Virus record (IMG/VR): IMGVR_UViG_3300029309_000020
Strand: one strand, 5' to 3'
From: an uncultured virus (IMG/VR IMGVR_UViG_3300029309_000020)
Lineage: Duplodnaviria > Heunggongvirae > Uroviricota > Caudoviricetes
DNA length: 64,000 nucleotides
The translations under genes were made by a program, and so were the position numbers. Of this stretch, positions 54,467 to 64,000 are shown one piece after another. The notes beneath the pieces are model-generated. The model was not told the origin of the DNA. It saw only the letters and a list, made by a program, of their open reading frames with translations, and made no database searches. Position 1 is the first letter of the stretch. Each line of letters starts with the position of its first letter.

Positions 54467-56062
54467 ATGGCGGTACAGTTTGGTAGTCCAAATATTGTAA
54501 AAAATTTAAGCTTTGGCAAAGATGCTAAAGACAAACTAATTAAAGGCATAGACAAACTATCCGAGGCAGTAGCTACAACGCTGGGTGCTTCCGGTAGAAC
54601 TGTTGTGCTTGAGGATGACTTCGGTAATCCCCATGTAACTAAAGATGGGGTTACAGTTGCTAATTATATAAATCTAGATGATCCTATAGAAAATCTTGGC
54701 GTAAATATGCTAAGACAAGCATCTAGGCAAACAGCAACTAAAGCGGGTGACGGTACAACTACTTCTACTGTACTGGCCCAGAGTATTATTAAAAATTATT
54801 TCAAATTAGGAGGTGATGAGTATTCTTTCCGCGATGTAAGAAGCGGGATGAATAAACTTGTCAAACATGTCGTGAATTTCCTAGATAAGAAAGCTTTGCC
54901 TGTAGATAATAAAAGATTGAACCAAGTGTCAACTATATCGTGTAATAATGACGAGTCACTTGGCGATTTTATTGCCCAGGCTTTTGAAGCGGCTGGCGAC
55001 AACGGTGTCGTAACAATGGAATCATCTCCTACAAATGAAACGTATATTGAAACTGTAGACGGTACTCATATTAAGTCTATAAGCAAAAGTATACATTTTT
55101 ATACAAACAAAGAGAAGGAAATATCTGAATTAGAAAAGCCATTAATATTTTTATGTGCTTCTGAAATTAAAAATATCAGACGAATTCAAACGATATTAGA
55201 GTATGCGATTAAACAAAATAAATCGCTATTACTCATTGCTCCTTGCGATAACCAAATCATTTCTGCTTTAGCAATGAATCACGTAAAGGGCAATATACGT
55301 TGCAATATTATCGATCCGCCATCTTTTGGGTTAAAGAGAAAGGATATACTTGATGATATTGCCCTTCTTACGGGTGCTACTGTATTAGATGAAAATTTAG
55401 GAGATTCACTTGACAATATCACCCCTGAAGTGTTAGGAGTAGCCAAGAAGGCTATTATAGATACTGACGGTACTACTATAGCAATAGAAAATGTATCTGA
55501 GGAAGTTAAAGAACGAGTTAAATACTTAGAAGAGCAACTAGCGGATGAAAAGCATCATGTAATGCGCCCTCACTTAGAAAGCAGACTAGCTATACTAAAT
55601 GGTGGCGTATCAATCGTTTATGTAGGTGGTGATACAGAAGTAGAAGTATCAGAAAAAAAAGATAGGGTTGACGATGCAATCCACGCTGTAAGAGCCGCTA
55701 AAAAAGAAGGTATATTGCCAGGTGGTGGTACAGCTTTATTATTTGCAGCGGCAAGCGATTGGCAAGAAACACTAAATCAAGGTGAATACTCTGGCCTTCA
55801 AATATTAAAAGCAGCACTTGCTTCACCTTATTTAAGAATAATACAAAATGCAGGATTAGACCCTGAAAGTATTAAAATTTCTAAATGGGGTAGAGGCGTA
55901 GATGTAACCAAAGGTGTAAATGTAGATATGATTAAAAAAGGTATTATAGATCCTTTACTTGTTACAAAATCAGCACTTCTTAATGCTGTTTCAGTTGCTA
56001 CAACTATATTATCGACCGATTGTGTAATTTCAAATGTTAGAGATTATGAAGGCGATAGGTAA
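54467..56062 (+). CDS. groEL: Phage-encoded chaperonin GroEL
   Basis: TKDGVTVA, AGDGTTT, KDRVDDA..A..AA..EGI.PGGG, GIIDP..V; no GGM tail. Confidence 0.95.
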   Translation: MAVQFGSPNIVKNLSFGKDAKDKLIKGIDKLSEAVATTLGASGRTVVLEDDFGNPHVTKDGVTVANYINLDDPIENLGVNMLRQASRQTATKAGDGTTTSTVLAQSIIKNYFKLGGDEYSFRDVRSGMNKLVKHVVNFLDKKALPVDNKRLNQVSTISCNNDESLGDFIAQAFEAAGDNGVVTMESSPTNETYIETVDGTHIKSISKSIHFYTNKEKEISELEKPLIFLCASEIKNIRRIQTILEYAIKQNKSLLLIAPCDNQIISALAMNHVKGNIRCNIIDPPSFGLKRKDILDDIALLTGATVLDENLGDSLDNITPEVLGVAKKAIIDTDGTTIAIENVSEEVKERVKYLEEQLADEKHHVMRPHLESRLAILNGGVSIVYVGGDTEVEVSEKKDRVDDAIHAVRAAKKEGILPGGGTALLFAAASDWQETLNQGEYSGLQILKAALASPYLRIIQNAGLDPESIKISKWGRGVDVTKGVNVDMIKKGIIDPLLVTKSALLNAVSVATTILSTDCVISNVRDYEGDR

Positions 56063-56306
56063 GTATATAATTATAGAAGAATTAAAAGAAGATATAAAAA
56101 AGACCGATGGCGGTCTTATGCTCGCGGAAAGTCATAGAGAAGATATACGTTACAGAAAAGGTAAAGTTATATCTATAGGCACAAATGTAAATGGTATTGA
56201 AGAAGGCGATTGTATATGGTATGACAGGCACGCGGGTAATAACTTAGAAATAGATAATACTATTTTTAAAGTTATAGAAGAAAGAGATGTAATTATAGTT
56301 TTATAA
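56034..56306 (+). CDS. groES: Co-chaperonin GroES
   Basis: KTDGGLML...GKVISIG.....EEGD...YD.HAG...E.DVI.VL; probable start at MKAIG. Confidence 0.88.
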   Translation: MLEIMKAIGKYIIIEELKEDIKKTDGGLMLAESHREDIRYRKGKVISIGTNVNGIEEGDCIWYDRHAGNNLEIDNTIFKVIEERDVIIVL

Positions 56307-56761
56307 TGAATCGCGAAGATTTTGTAGAAAGAGGAGAAGTTAAAGTTGATTTTCTTAAATATTATAGGCTTGTTTCAAGATGGGCTTGTAAAGAAAACAA
56401 TATATCAATTTCAGACCTAGAATTACTATTTTATTTAGATCCTATTAAATACTTTACAATACAAGATTTTAAAGACGGTACGTTTTATTATAACTGGGAT
56501 AAAATGCGGTTTTATAGATTACAGTCGCAAGAGTGGTTAACTAAGGTGCATAAAGGCAATGGAAGACTTGGTGACCATAATAAATATACAGTTAGTTCTA
56601 AGGGCCAAAGGCTAATAGCCCGTATATATAGAATTTTAATAGGAAAAGAAAAATTACCTGAGTCAGCTCGTAGAAGTAAGATTATGCGCAAAGAAACATA
56701 TATAGATAAAGTATATGCTCAGGCAATAAATAAATTTAACAAAAGTAATTTAGATGGCTAG
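56306..56761 (+). CDS. Putative winged-helix DNA-binding protein
   Basis: DLELLFYL...F.RL....W.......Y.VS.KG.RLI.RIY pattern. Confidence 0.55.
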   Translation: MNREDFVERGEVKVDFLKYYRLVSRWACKENNISISDLELLFYLDPIKYFTIQDFKDGTFYYNWDKMRFYRLQSQEWLTKVHKGNGRLGDHNKYTVSSKGQRLIARIYRILIGKEKLPESARRSKIMRKETYIDKVYAQAINKFNKSNLDG

Positions 56762-59700
56762 AATATCATCTTATGATCAAGATTCATCGCTAAATGTAGC
56801 AGATAAGTTATTAGGTACAGATTCTGCTACAGGCGCTACTAAAAACTTTACACTTGACTCAGTACTGGGACTTGTAAATGACGGTGGGCTTGTACAGGCA
56901 TTCGATGGGTCTACTTTTCAATTTACAGATTATGTAGCACCTGGTTCAAACCCACAAGGTATATTAAACCTCAATGAAGGTACTGCAACAACTGCGGCTT
57001 TTAGTGCTATAAACCAAATTTTTATAAGTGTTAAAGATACTTCAGGTTTATCTTTAGCAGAGTATTTAGATAATACAGCTGATGATTTTATAAAAATTAG
57101 CAAAAAAGACAACCTCAATAACTTTGGTATATTTGAGGTTACTTCAATACAAAGTTCGGGAGGCGGTCAATATAGAAAATTAATCGTTACCCCTAGAGGT
57201 ACAAATGGTAACCTAACTGCAGGTGAAAAATATTTTGTAGCTAATTATTCTGCACTTTTCGATCAAGACTTTTCAGATGATGCAATTACAGAGTTTGGAG
57301 ATGTAGCAAATACTTTTTTTACCGGTTCTACTGCTTCACAGTTAACAGCAGCAGGTTCTGGATCTATTATAACAACAGCAGAAAGAACAAGTCTAACAAA
57401 TTTTACAAACAACGGCCTTGTACATGGGGATGTTGTAAATAATTTAGTTACAAACGTAACAGATGTACCTCTTTCCGCAAATCAAGGATTAGTATTAAAA
57501 GGTTTAATAGACGGAATAAATACTATTCTTAATAGTGGTGATACGCAACTTGATGATCTAAATGAAATAGTTCAATATATTAAAACTAATAGATCAACTT
57601 TAGATGCTTTGGGTATATCGACTATTCCTGGATTACAAGCTGCACTTAATGCTAAAGAAGATTCTGTAACAGGTAAAGGTCTATCAGCAAATGATTTTAC
57701 AGATGCTTTACTTACTAAATTAAATGGTATAGCAGCAAATGCTGAAGTAAATATACCCCATGATTACACTACACTATCGAATAAGCCAACTGATGTAACA
57801 AATTTAGGAATACATAATGTTACAGAATTACAAGATGTAACAAGTGCAGGCTCTGGTTCCATAATCAGTAGCACAGAAAGAGACTTAATAACGTCTACCC
57901 ACGCTACTTTTATAGGTTTTTCTACCGCTGAAAGAGCTAAGCTTGCGGGTATTGATGTTAATACTAGCACTAGAGTCGTAACTGACGGCACTGACAGTAT
58001 AACAATACCAACAAATACAACATATGATCTTTCTGTTCACGACAGCGGCGACGACGCAATAATTCGTTTATCAGGAAGTGATTCAACAACAGATAATGTA
58101 ACACTTGAAGCAGGTAATAATATTACACTTACACCTAATTCAAGTACATTAACAATAGCGGCTAGTTTAACTACAGCTGCTGTGGCAGATGGTAGTACTA
58201 GCCTGGTAACGGGGGATCATGTGTTTGATTATGCAGATCCTAAGTTTGCAAGAAAAGACCAAGCAGAAGTATTCTCTAATAATGTAACTATAACAGGCGA
58301 TTTAATTGTTTCGGGAACTACTACTACAATTAATACTGCTAACCTAAGTATTGAGGACAATATAATAGTTCTTAATAATGGGCAAACAGGTACGCCTGCC
58401 GCGTCTTTAAGATCAGGTATTGAAATAGAAAGAGGAGACGCAGCTAACGTAAAATTACAATTCAACGAAAACACTGATAAATGGGAGTTTACAAATGATG
58501 GCTCAACATTTTATCAGTTCCCAATAACCATAGGCGACTTAGCTTCAGCTAAGCTAGAGTTAGATCACGATTTAATAATAGATTCTAAAATAGTAACAAA
58601 GCATAGCAATACTATAAAAACTATGGCTGTTACTGTTGTAACTAAAACTGTTGCGCACCCTGCACATGGAACAGGTAGTGCTTTGGGCTATTCTATAGAT
58701 GGCATAGAATCACCTGAGTTGACTTTTGCAGTAGGTAATACTTATAAGTTTGATCAAGCAGACTCAAGTAACGGGGGTCACCCATTAAGGTTTTATTATG
58801 ATGAAGCAAAAACAAATGCTTATACCACTGGAATAACTACAAACGGCACACCTGGACAATCCGGTGCATATACACAAATTATACCTACAGAATCTACACC
58901 TACAACATTATACTACCAATGTTCCGCTCATGGAAATATGGGTTGGAAGTCTGTATTCAATACAAGAAACCTAACAGGGTTTACTACAGATAACTTAGCT
59001 GAAGGTTCATCTAATTTATATTTTACAAATGCAAGGGCAGATGGTAGGATAGCTGCCGCCTCTATAAATGCATTGTCTGACGTAGATATTTCAACAAGTG
59101 CTCCTTCTACAGGGCAAGCTCTTGTTTGGGATGGTAGCAAATTTGAGCCAGGTGCAGTTGGTAGTACACTAACTGTTAAAGACGAAAGCACAACTCTTAG
59201 CACTGCTGCTACTACATTAAAATTTGCAGGTGCGGGTGTTACAGCTTCCGGAACAGGTGCAGAAAAAACAATTACAATACCAGGAGGAGGAACTTCTGGC
59301 ATAACAGTACAAGAAGAAGGTAGCGATCTGTCTACTGCAGCTACAACCTTAAACTTTACAGGAAGTGCAGTTACGGCTTCTGGCACTGGCGCTACCAAAA
59401 CAATTAATATAACAGGTGGTAGCAGCAGTGGTGGTACTGTTACTATAGAAAAAAATGTATATACAGGTGATGGCTCAGATCTTACATTTGATACAACAAC
59501 GGCTATTGCTAATGAAAATAATGTACAAGTATATATAGACGGTGTTTACCAATCTAAAAATAATTATACAACAAGCGGTAGTACTGTAACTTTTGGAACA
59601 GGTAATGCTCCACCAAATGGAACGTCTGTAGAACTTATACATATGGTATCTACTTCTGGAGTTATTGCAAGAGATAACTTTACTGGTGACGGTTCAACTA

Positions 59701-61319
59701 CAGCATTTGTACTTTCTATGAGCATTTCAAATGAAAATGCTACACAAGTATACTTAGATGGTGTTTATCAAAGTAAAAACAACTACACAACTTCTGGCAG
59801 TACATTAACGTTCACTCCCACCGCACCACCGAACGGTACTGCTATAGAGGTTGTTCATATAAAAGCAGTTGCTGCTTCATCTTTAAATCAAAATAATTTT
59901 ACAGGTGATGGATCTACAACAGCATTTCCATTATCGCAAAGCATTGACGATGAAGCTAAGACCTTTGTATTTATACAGGGCGTTTATCAAGAAAAATCAA
60001 CTTATAGTATATCAGGCTCAACACTAACCTTTAGCACAGCGCCACAAAACGGTTATACTGTTGAAGTTATGGCATTTAGTACTATATCAGTTGGTAATGC
60101 TTCAGTCAGTGCGACTAGCTGGCAATCTGCTATCAAAGCATCAAATTTTACAGCAGAAAAAGGAAAAGGATATTTTGTTAATACATCAGGAGGTGCTGTG
60201 ACAGTAACTTTACCTCTTAGCCCCTCGCTAGGAGATATAGTAGAAGTTTCAGATTATGGTGGTAGTTCGGCAACTAATAAAATAACTTTTACTTCATCTA
60301 ATAATATACAAGGTGAATCAGGCAATAAAGTATTGGCTACAAATAATGGCTCGGTAAAACTTGTTTATTCTGACTCAACTAAAGGATGGGTTACTGCGGC
60401 AGATTCAACTGACGGATTATCAGATGTACCGGTTACTATAAATTATTTAGTAGTCGCGGGTGGCGGTGGTGGAGGTGGCCACCAAAATGCTACTGACGGC
60501 GGTGGTGGTGGCGGTGGATTAAGAACCTCTTATGGATCAAATTCAGGAGGTGGTACTGCCGCAGAAGCTGCACTGCAATTAACTCTAGCAACAAACTATA
60601 CTATAACAGTAGGTGCTGGGGGATCACTTGGTTCTGGAGGCACAGCTCCTACAAATGGTGAAAACTCTAGCATAGTAGGCTCAAATATTACTGATATTAT
60701 TTCCTTAGGCGGTGGTGGCGGATCAGCTAATGCAGTAAATGCATCATCTGGTGGTTCTGGAGGTGGTGGTGGTAATGGAGGTGCACAGCCCGGGCAGGGT
60801 ACATCAGGCCAGGGTTATGCTGGAGGTAGCAGTAACAATGGCCGTGGCGCTGGGGGTGGAGGTGCTGGTGCTGTTGGAGCAAACTCATCGAGTAATAATG
60901 GTGGCGCTGGTGGTATTGGTTTGGCTGTTAATATTATAAATGCAACTAATGCCGGCACTGCAAATGTTGGTGAAGTATCAAGCTCGAACGTATATTATGC
61001 TGGCGGTGGCGGTGGTGGTTCCTCTTCAGGCGCTGCATCTACCCAAGCAGCCGGAGGCCTCGGTGGCGGCGGTAATGGTGAGTTTAATAACAATAACAAT
61101 GCCACTGCTGGAGATCCTAATACAGGAGGTGGTGGTGGTGGAGCATTTACTTCAGGTGCTAAAGCCGGAGGATCCGGAGTGGTAATTTTACGCTATGCAT
61201 CTACCTTAACATTAACAGCAGGGGCTGGCTTAACTCAATCAACTGGATCACCTTTTACAGAGGGATCAAATAAAATATCTGTATTTACGGCAGGTACTGG
61301 AACAATATCACTTAATTAA
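56754..61319 (+). CDS. Modular long tail fibre protein with a C-terminal Gly-rich domain
   Basis: 1521 aa, T/S/G-rich, internal repeats, C-terminal YLVVAGGGGGG...GGSGVVILRY. Confidence 0.8.
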   Translation: MARISSYDQDSSLNVADKLLGTDSATGATKNFTLDSVLGLVNDGGLVQAFDGSTFQFTDYVAPGSNPQGILNLNEGTATTAAFSAINQIFISVKDTSGLSLAEYLDNTADDFIKISKKDNLNNFGIFEVTSIQSSGGGQYRKLIVTPRGTNGNLTAGEKYFVANYSALFDQDFSDDAITEFGDVANTFFTGSTASQLTAAGSGSIITTAERTSLTNFTNNGLVHGDVVNNLVTNVTDVPLSANQGLVLKGLIDGINTILNSGDTQLDDLNEIVQYIKTNRSTLDALGISTIPGLQAALNAKEDSVTGKGLSANDFTDALLTKLNGIAANAEVNIPHDYTTLSNKPTDVTNLGIHNVTELQDVTSAGSGSIISSTERDLITSTHATFIGFSTAERAKLAGIDVNTSTRVVTDGTDSITIPTNTTYDLSVHDSGDDAIIRLSGSDSTTDNVTLEAGNNITLTPNSSTLTIAASLTTAAVADGSTSLVTGDHVFDYADPKFARKDQAEVFSNNVTITGDLIVSGTTTTINTANLSIEDNIIVLNNGQTGTPAASLRSGIEIERGDAANVKLQFNENTDKWEFTNDGSTFYQFPITIGDLASAKLELDHDLIIDSKIVTKHSNTIKTMAVTVVTKTVAHPAHGTGSALGYSIDGIESPELTFAVGNTYKFDQADSSNGGHPLRFYYDEAKTNAYTTGITTNGTPGQSGAYTQIIPTESTPTTLYYQCSAHGNMGWKSVFNTRNLTGFTTDNLAEGSSNLYFTNARADGRIAAASINALSDVDISTSAPSTGQALVWDGSKFEPGAVGSTLTVKDESTTLSTAATTLKFAGAGVTASGTGAEKTITIPGGGTSGITVQEEGSDLSTAATTLNFTGSAVTASGTGATKTINITGGSSSGGTVTIEKNVYTGDGSDLTFDTTTAIANENNVQVYIDGVYQSKNNYTTSGSTVTFGTGNAPPNGTSVELIHMVSTSGVIARDNFTGDGSTTAFVLSMSISNENATQVYLDGVYQSKNNYTTSGSTLTFTPTAPPNGTAIEVVHIKAVAASSLNQNNFTGDGSTTAFPLSQSIDDEAKTFVFIQGVYQEKSTYSISGSTLTFSTAPQNGYTVEVMAFSTISVGNASVSATSWQSAIKASNFTAEKGKGYFVNTSGGAVTVTLPLSPSLGDIVEVSDYGGSSATNKITFTSSNNIQGESGNKVLATNNGSVKLVYSDSTKGWVTAADSTDGLSDVPVTINYLVVAGGGGGGGHQNATDGGGGGGGLRTSYGSNSGGGTAAEAALQLTLATNYTITVGAGGSLGSGGTAPTNGENSSIVGSNITDIISLGGGGGSANAVNASSGGSGGGGGNGGAQPGQGTSGQGYAGGSSNNGRGAGGGGAGAVGANSSSNNGGAGGIGLAVNIINATNAGTANVGEVSSSNVYYAGGGGGGSSSGAASTQAAGGLGGGGNGEFNNNNNATAGDPNTGGGGGGAFTSGAKAGGSGVVILRYASTLTLTAGAGLTQSTGSPFTEGSNKISVFTAGTGTISLN
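59170..60075 (+). repeat. Protein-level tandem repeats in the tail fibre (2 x ~43 aa and 3 x ~73 aa)
   Basis: TV..E...LSTAATTL.F.G..VTASGTGA.KTI.I twice; N.(F/Y)TGDGS...V(Y/F)..GVYQ.K..Y..SGST.TF...P.NG..VE three times. Confidence 0.85.
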
Positions 61320-61320
61320 T

Positions 61321-61689
61321 ATGGCACATTACGCTTTTTTAAACATGCAAAATATCGTTACTGAAGTAATAGTAGGTAAAGATGAAACCGAAGGCCCTAC
61401 AAATTGGGAAATGCATTATGGTAATCTTCGTGAACAGGTTTGTAAAAGAACCTCTTATAATACATTAGCGGGGGAACATAAACTAGGCGGCACACCATTT
61501 AGAAAAAACTATGCAGGTATAGGATATACATATGATTACGAAAAAGATGCTTTTATCCCGCCAAAGCCTTATGCTAGTTGGGCATTAGATAACAATAAGT
61601 GTATATGGGAACCACCTGTAGAATATCCCAGTGATGATAAAATATATGTGTGGAATGAAGACACTACGTCTTGGGATGAAATAACTTAA
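61321..61689 (+). CDS. Small protein accompanying Gly-rich fibre domains (fibre chaperone-like)
   Basis: MAHYAFL...IVTEVIVG...RTSYN...FRKNYAGIGYTYD...DAFIPPKPY.SW. Confidence 0.7.
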   Translation: MAHYAFLNMQNIVTEVIVGKDETEGPTNWEMHYGNLREQVCKRTSYNTLAGEHKLGGTPFRKNYAGIGYTYDYEKDAFIPPKPYASWALDNNKCIWEPPVEYPSDDKIYVWNEDTTSWDEIT

Positions 61690-61690
61690 T

Positions 61691-62641
61691 ATGGCACAAA
61701 CTAAAGTAAAATATCCGGGATTAATAGACTTTGAAACTATAACTGTAGATTTTTTAGTCATAGCCGGTGGCGGTGGAGGTCCCACCGGACATCAAGCTGG
61801 TGGTGGTGGCGCTGGAGGCTACAGAGCATCCTACAATAACGAACCCTCAGGAGGAGGAGCAAACTCTGAAAGCTCAATTGTTATAAATACTGACACTAAC
61901 TACACTGTAACAGTTGGTGCAGGCGGAGCTGGCGGCCCAGCTTTAAATGCTATAACATCAGGCAGTTATCCTGGTAATGGTAGCAATTCGGTATTTGCAA
62001 CCGTAACTTCTATAGGCGGTGGTGCAGGTGCATCTTATTGGAATGGTACTGGGCATAATAACGATGGAGATGGTGGCAACAAAGGTAGAGATGGTGGTTC
62101 TGGTGGAGGTACTGGATTAAGACAAATGAACGCTTTAGCTGGAGGTAGCGGAACTACAAATCAAGGATATGCTGGAGGTGGTAGCAATGGCAGTTATCTT
62201 TCACCTTATTCAGGAGGCGGTGGCGGTGGAGCTGGTGCTGTAGGAGTAACTACAGGTGCCTCTGGAGCACTTGGAAATGGCGGAAATGGAGTGACTTCTA
62301 CTATTACAGGTTCTGCTGTAACAAGAGCCGGTGGTGGAGGTGGTGGGTGTTACGAGGGAAGCTCTTTAGCCACAGGAGGAACAGGCGGTGGAGGTGCCGG
62401 CGGAAAACTTAATACATCTACAGCAGCAACAGCAGGCGCTGTAAATACAGGTGGTGGGGCTGGGGCCGAAGGTATTAATAATACAGCTGGCAAAGCAGGG
62501 GGCTCGGGTATTGTAATTTTAAGATACCCTAATACCCGAACAATAACTATAGGATCTGGTTTAACTGGAACAACCGCTACAGTTGGAAGTGATAAAGTAA
62601 CAACATTTACGGCAGGTACTGGAAATATACAAATAAATTAA
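61691..62641 (+). CDS. Gly-rich tail fibre/adhesin protein, paralogous to the C-terminus of 56754-61319
   Basis: VDFLVIAGGGGG...GGSGIVILRYP...FTAGTGNI. Confidence 0.75.
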   Translation: MAQTKVKYPGLIDFETITVDFLVIAGGGGGPTGHQAGGGGAGGYRASYNNEPSGGGANSESSIVINTDTNYTVTVGAGGAGGPALNAITSGSYPGNGSNSVFATVTSIGGGAGASYWNGTGHNNDGDGGNKGRDGGSGGGTGLRQMNALAGGSGTTNQGYAGGGSNGSYLSPYSGGGGGGAGAVGVTTGASGALGNGGNGVTSTITGSAVTRAGGGGGGCYEGSSLATGGTGGGGAGGKLNTSTAATAGAVNTGGGAGAEGINNTAGKAGGSGIVILRYPNTRTITIGSGLTGTTATVGSDKVTTFTAGTGNIQIN

Positions 62642-62643
62642 AG

Positions 62644-62988
62644 ATGGCAATAACAAAAGTAACAGGCAACGTATTATCAGACGATTCGGTTTCTTATGAC
62701 AAACTAGGCGTAGAATTTACGGCATCTTCTGCATTGTCAGGAACAGCAATAGATTGGGATGTAGCACAAGTATTTACAAAAACTTTAAGTGGTGCAACAA
62801 CATTTACGTACACTAATGATGAAATTGGTATGGTAAAAGATCTTGTTTTAACAGGTGACTATGTGATTACGTGGCCTTCAGGAACTAAAATAATAACCGG
62901 CACATATGACGGCTCTGTTCCAAACTTAATACAAGTTGTTAAAACAGCAACAGGACAATACTGGTTATCAATTTCAAAAGAAGCATAA
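62644..62988 (+). CDS. Short tail fibre-associated protein
   Basis: MAITKVT...IDW....FTKTLS..TTFT...TWP. Confidence 0.65.
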   Translation: MAITKVTGNVLSDDSVSYDKLGVEFTASSALSGTAIDWDVAQVFTKTLSGATTFTYTNDEIGMVKDLVLTGDYVITWPSGTKIITGTYDGSVPNLIQVVKTATGQYWLSISKEA

Positions 62989-62990
62989 TA

Positions 62991-63527
62991 ATGGTAGCAA
63001 TAGAAAGAAACGGAGCAATAAAAACTTTTAATAGACTTCCAAACGAATGGAATGACGATAAGGGCTATCATATAAATTTTAGAAAAATTACTAATAAAGA
63101 AGATTATGGTTTTTATGATGTTGTAATACCTTCACATGATTCTCTTACACAAAATTTATCTGAAATATTTTGGGATGCTGATAATAAAGTATTTACATAT
63201 ACTGTAAATAATATTGATTTTGATGCAACATATACAGTTGAGGTAGAAGATGAGGAAGGAAATAAAACAGAAGAAACAAAGCCTGTTTACGATCAAAACA
63301 AATTAAAAGCAGATATTATTTCTGAATTAAAAAATAAAGCTAATAGCATGCTGTTGCCAACTGATTGGTATGCTAATAGAAAATCTGAATTAGGCACAGC
63401 TATACCTGATTCTGTATTAGCGTCTAGAAAATCTATTAGAGATAAAGTTGATATAATAGAAGCGCAAGTAAACGCTTTAAGCAATACAGAAAGTATAATA
63501 AAATTTACATATACTCTTACTGAATAA
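62991..63527 (+). CDS. Tail fibre assembly chaperone-like protein
   Basis: LLPTDWY..RK.E.GTAIP......R..IR C-terminal motif. Confidence 0.65.
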   Translation: MVAIERNGAIKTFNRLPNEWNDDKGYHINFRKITNKEDYGFYDVVIPSHDSLTQNLSEIFWDADNKVFTYTVNNIDFDATYTVEVEDEEGNKTEETKPVYDQNKLKADIISELKNKANSMLLPTDWYANRKSELGTAIPDSVLASRKSIRDKVDIIEAQVNALSNTESIIKFTYTLTE

Positions 63528-64000
63528 ATGTTAGGTAAAAGAATTATTAATACAGGTGGAGTTTCCTGTACTACAGATACAACCCAAATATTAGATGGAG
63601 GTACAACACAGTCTATAGCTTTATATAGATTTGAAGATAATGCTGATGACACATCTGAATCTACAGGATATATTAATAAGGGTGCTAGATTTAATGGTAG
63701 TAGTAGTAAAATTACAGTTTCAGGCAACCCTTTTAATTTAACAACTTATAGTTTATCCTTTTGGATATATGCTACCGATTATAATCAATCAGGCACATCA
63801 ATAGTTAATATAGGGTTAGATAATACAGGCGGCACTTGGGGTGGGCTGGCTTTTGGAGTAAATGCTAATAAAGTATTTTATTATGGTGGAGATTCAGGGT
63901 TTTTTACACAAACAGGCACAACTAATATAACAAATGCAAATTGGGTTCATGTTGCAATAGTTGTGAATGGAACATCAATAACAGGATATATTAATGGGAC
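63528..64000 (+). CDS. LamG tail fibre protein, N-terminal part, 3'-truncated (possibly the same gene as 2-3205)
   Basis: Hand-translated MLGKRIINTG...ALYRFEDNADD...GARFNGSSSKI...SLSFWIY...WVHVAIVVNG...YING, open to the window end. Confidence 0.8.
   Translation, partial: MLGKRIINTGGVSCTTDTTQILDGGTTQSIALYRFEDNADDTSESTGYINKGARFNGSSSKITVSGNPFNLTTYSLSFWIYATDYNQSGTSIVNIGLDNTGGTWGGLAFGVNANKVFYYGGDSGFFTQTGTTNITNANWVHVAIVVNGTSITGYING

Noticed and set aside
60739..61185. +1-frame ORFs in the Gly-rich fibre domain as overprinted genes
   Set aside because: GGT/GCT runs give stop-free Val/Leu shadows; this is a compositional artefact.
1..64000. Stop-codon reassignment (alternative genetic code)
   Set aside because: Core genes are intact in the standard code and no suppressor tRNA is seen.

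Overview
This window looks like most of a lytic, AT-rich tailed phage genome, probably podovirus-like. The inferred host is a marine Bacteroidota/Flavobacteriia, based on SD-less A-rich translation starts and Bacteroidota-phage-type portal, capsid and tail proteins. Both window ends fall inside a LamG-repeat tail fibre gene, which suggests a circularly permuted, near-complete genome. There are two arms. The + strand late arm runs from ~51.3 kb to the end and from 1 to 33.8 kb. It carries small basic proteins, groEL-groES, tail fibres, lysis genes, terminase, portal, scaffold, capsid, ring and muzzle tail proteins, and three ejection-type proteins, one of 2299 aa. The - strand early/middle arm runs from 50.9 to 33.9 kb. 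It carries tiny host-takeover ORFs, DNA ligase, a sigma factor, ERF/exonuclease/SSB, primase-helicase, thyA and nrdAB. No DNA polymerase, RNA polymerase or integrase is recognisable. Main observations: (1) a possible two-sigma transcription cascade, with a sigma-70 region-2-like segment inside the giant ejection protein, four early motifs ATACGTTACA-N14-GTGATAATA, and a second 37-bp motif class next to the free-standing sigma gene and at the head of the late arm; (2) several same-strand overprinted ORFs inside core genes, including a lipoprotein in terL and a basic peptide in the scaffold gene; (3) two anticodon-less tRNA-like RNAs, one with alanine identity elements; (4) a tail muzzle-type protein apparently split into three genes decorated with FN3-like repeats. 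All family assignments are by eye and from recalled motifs; no searches were run.
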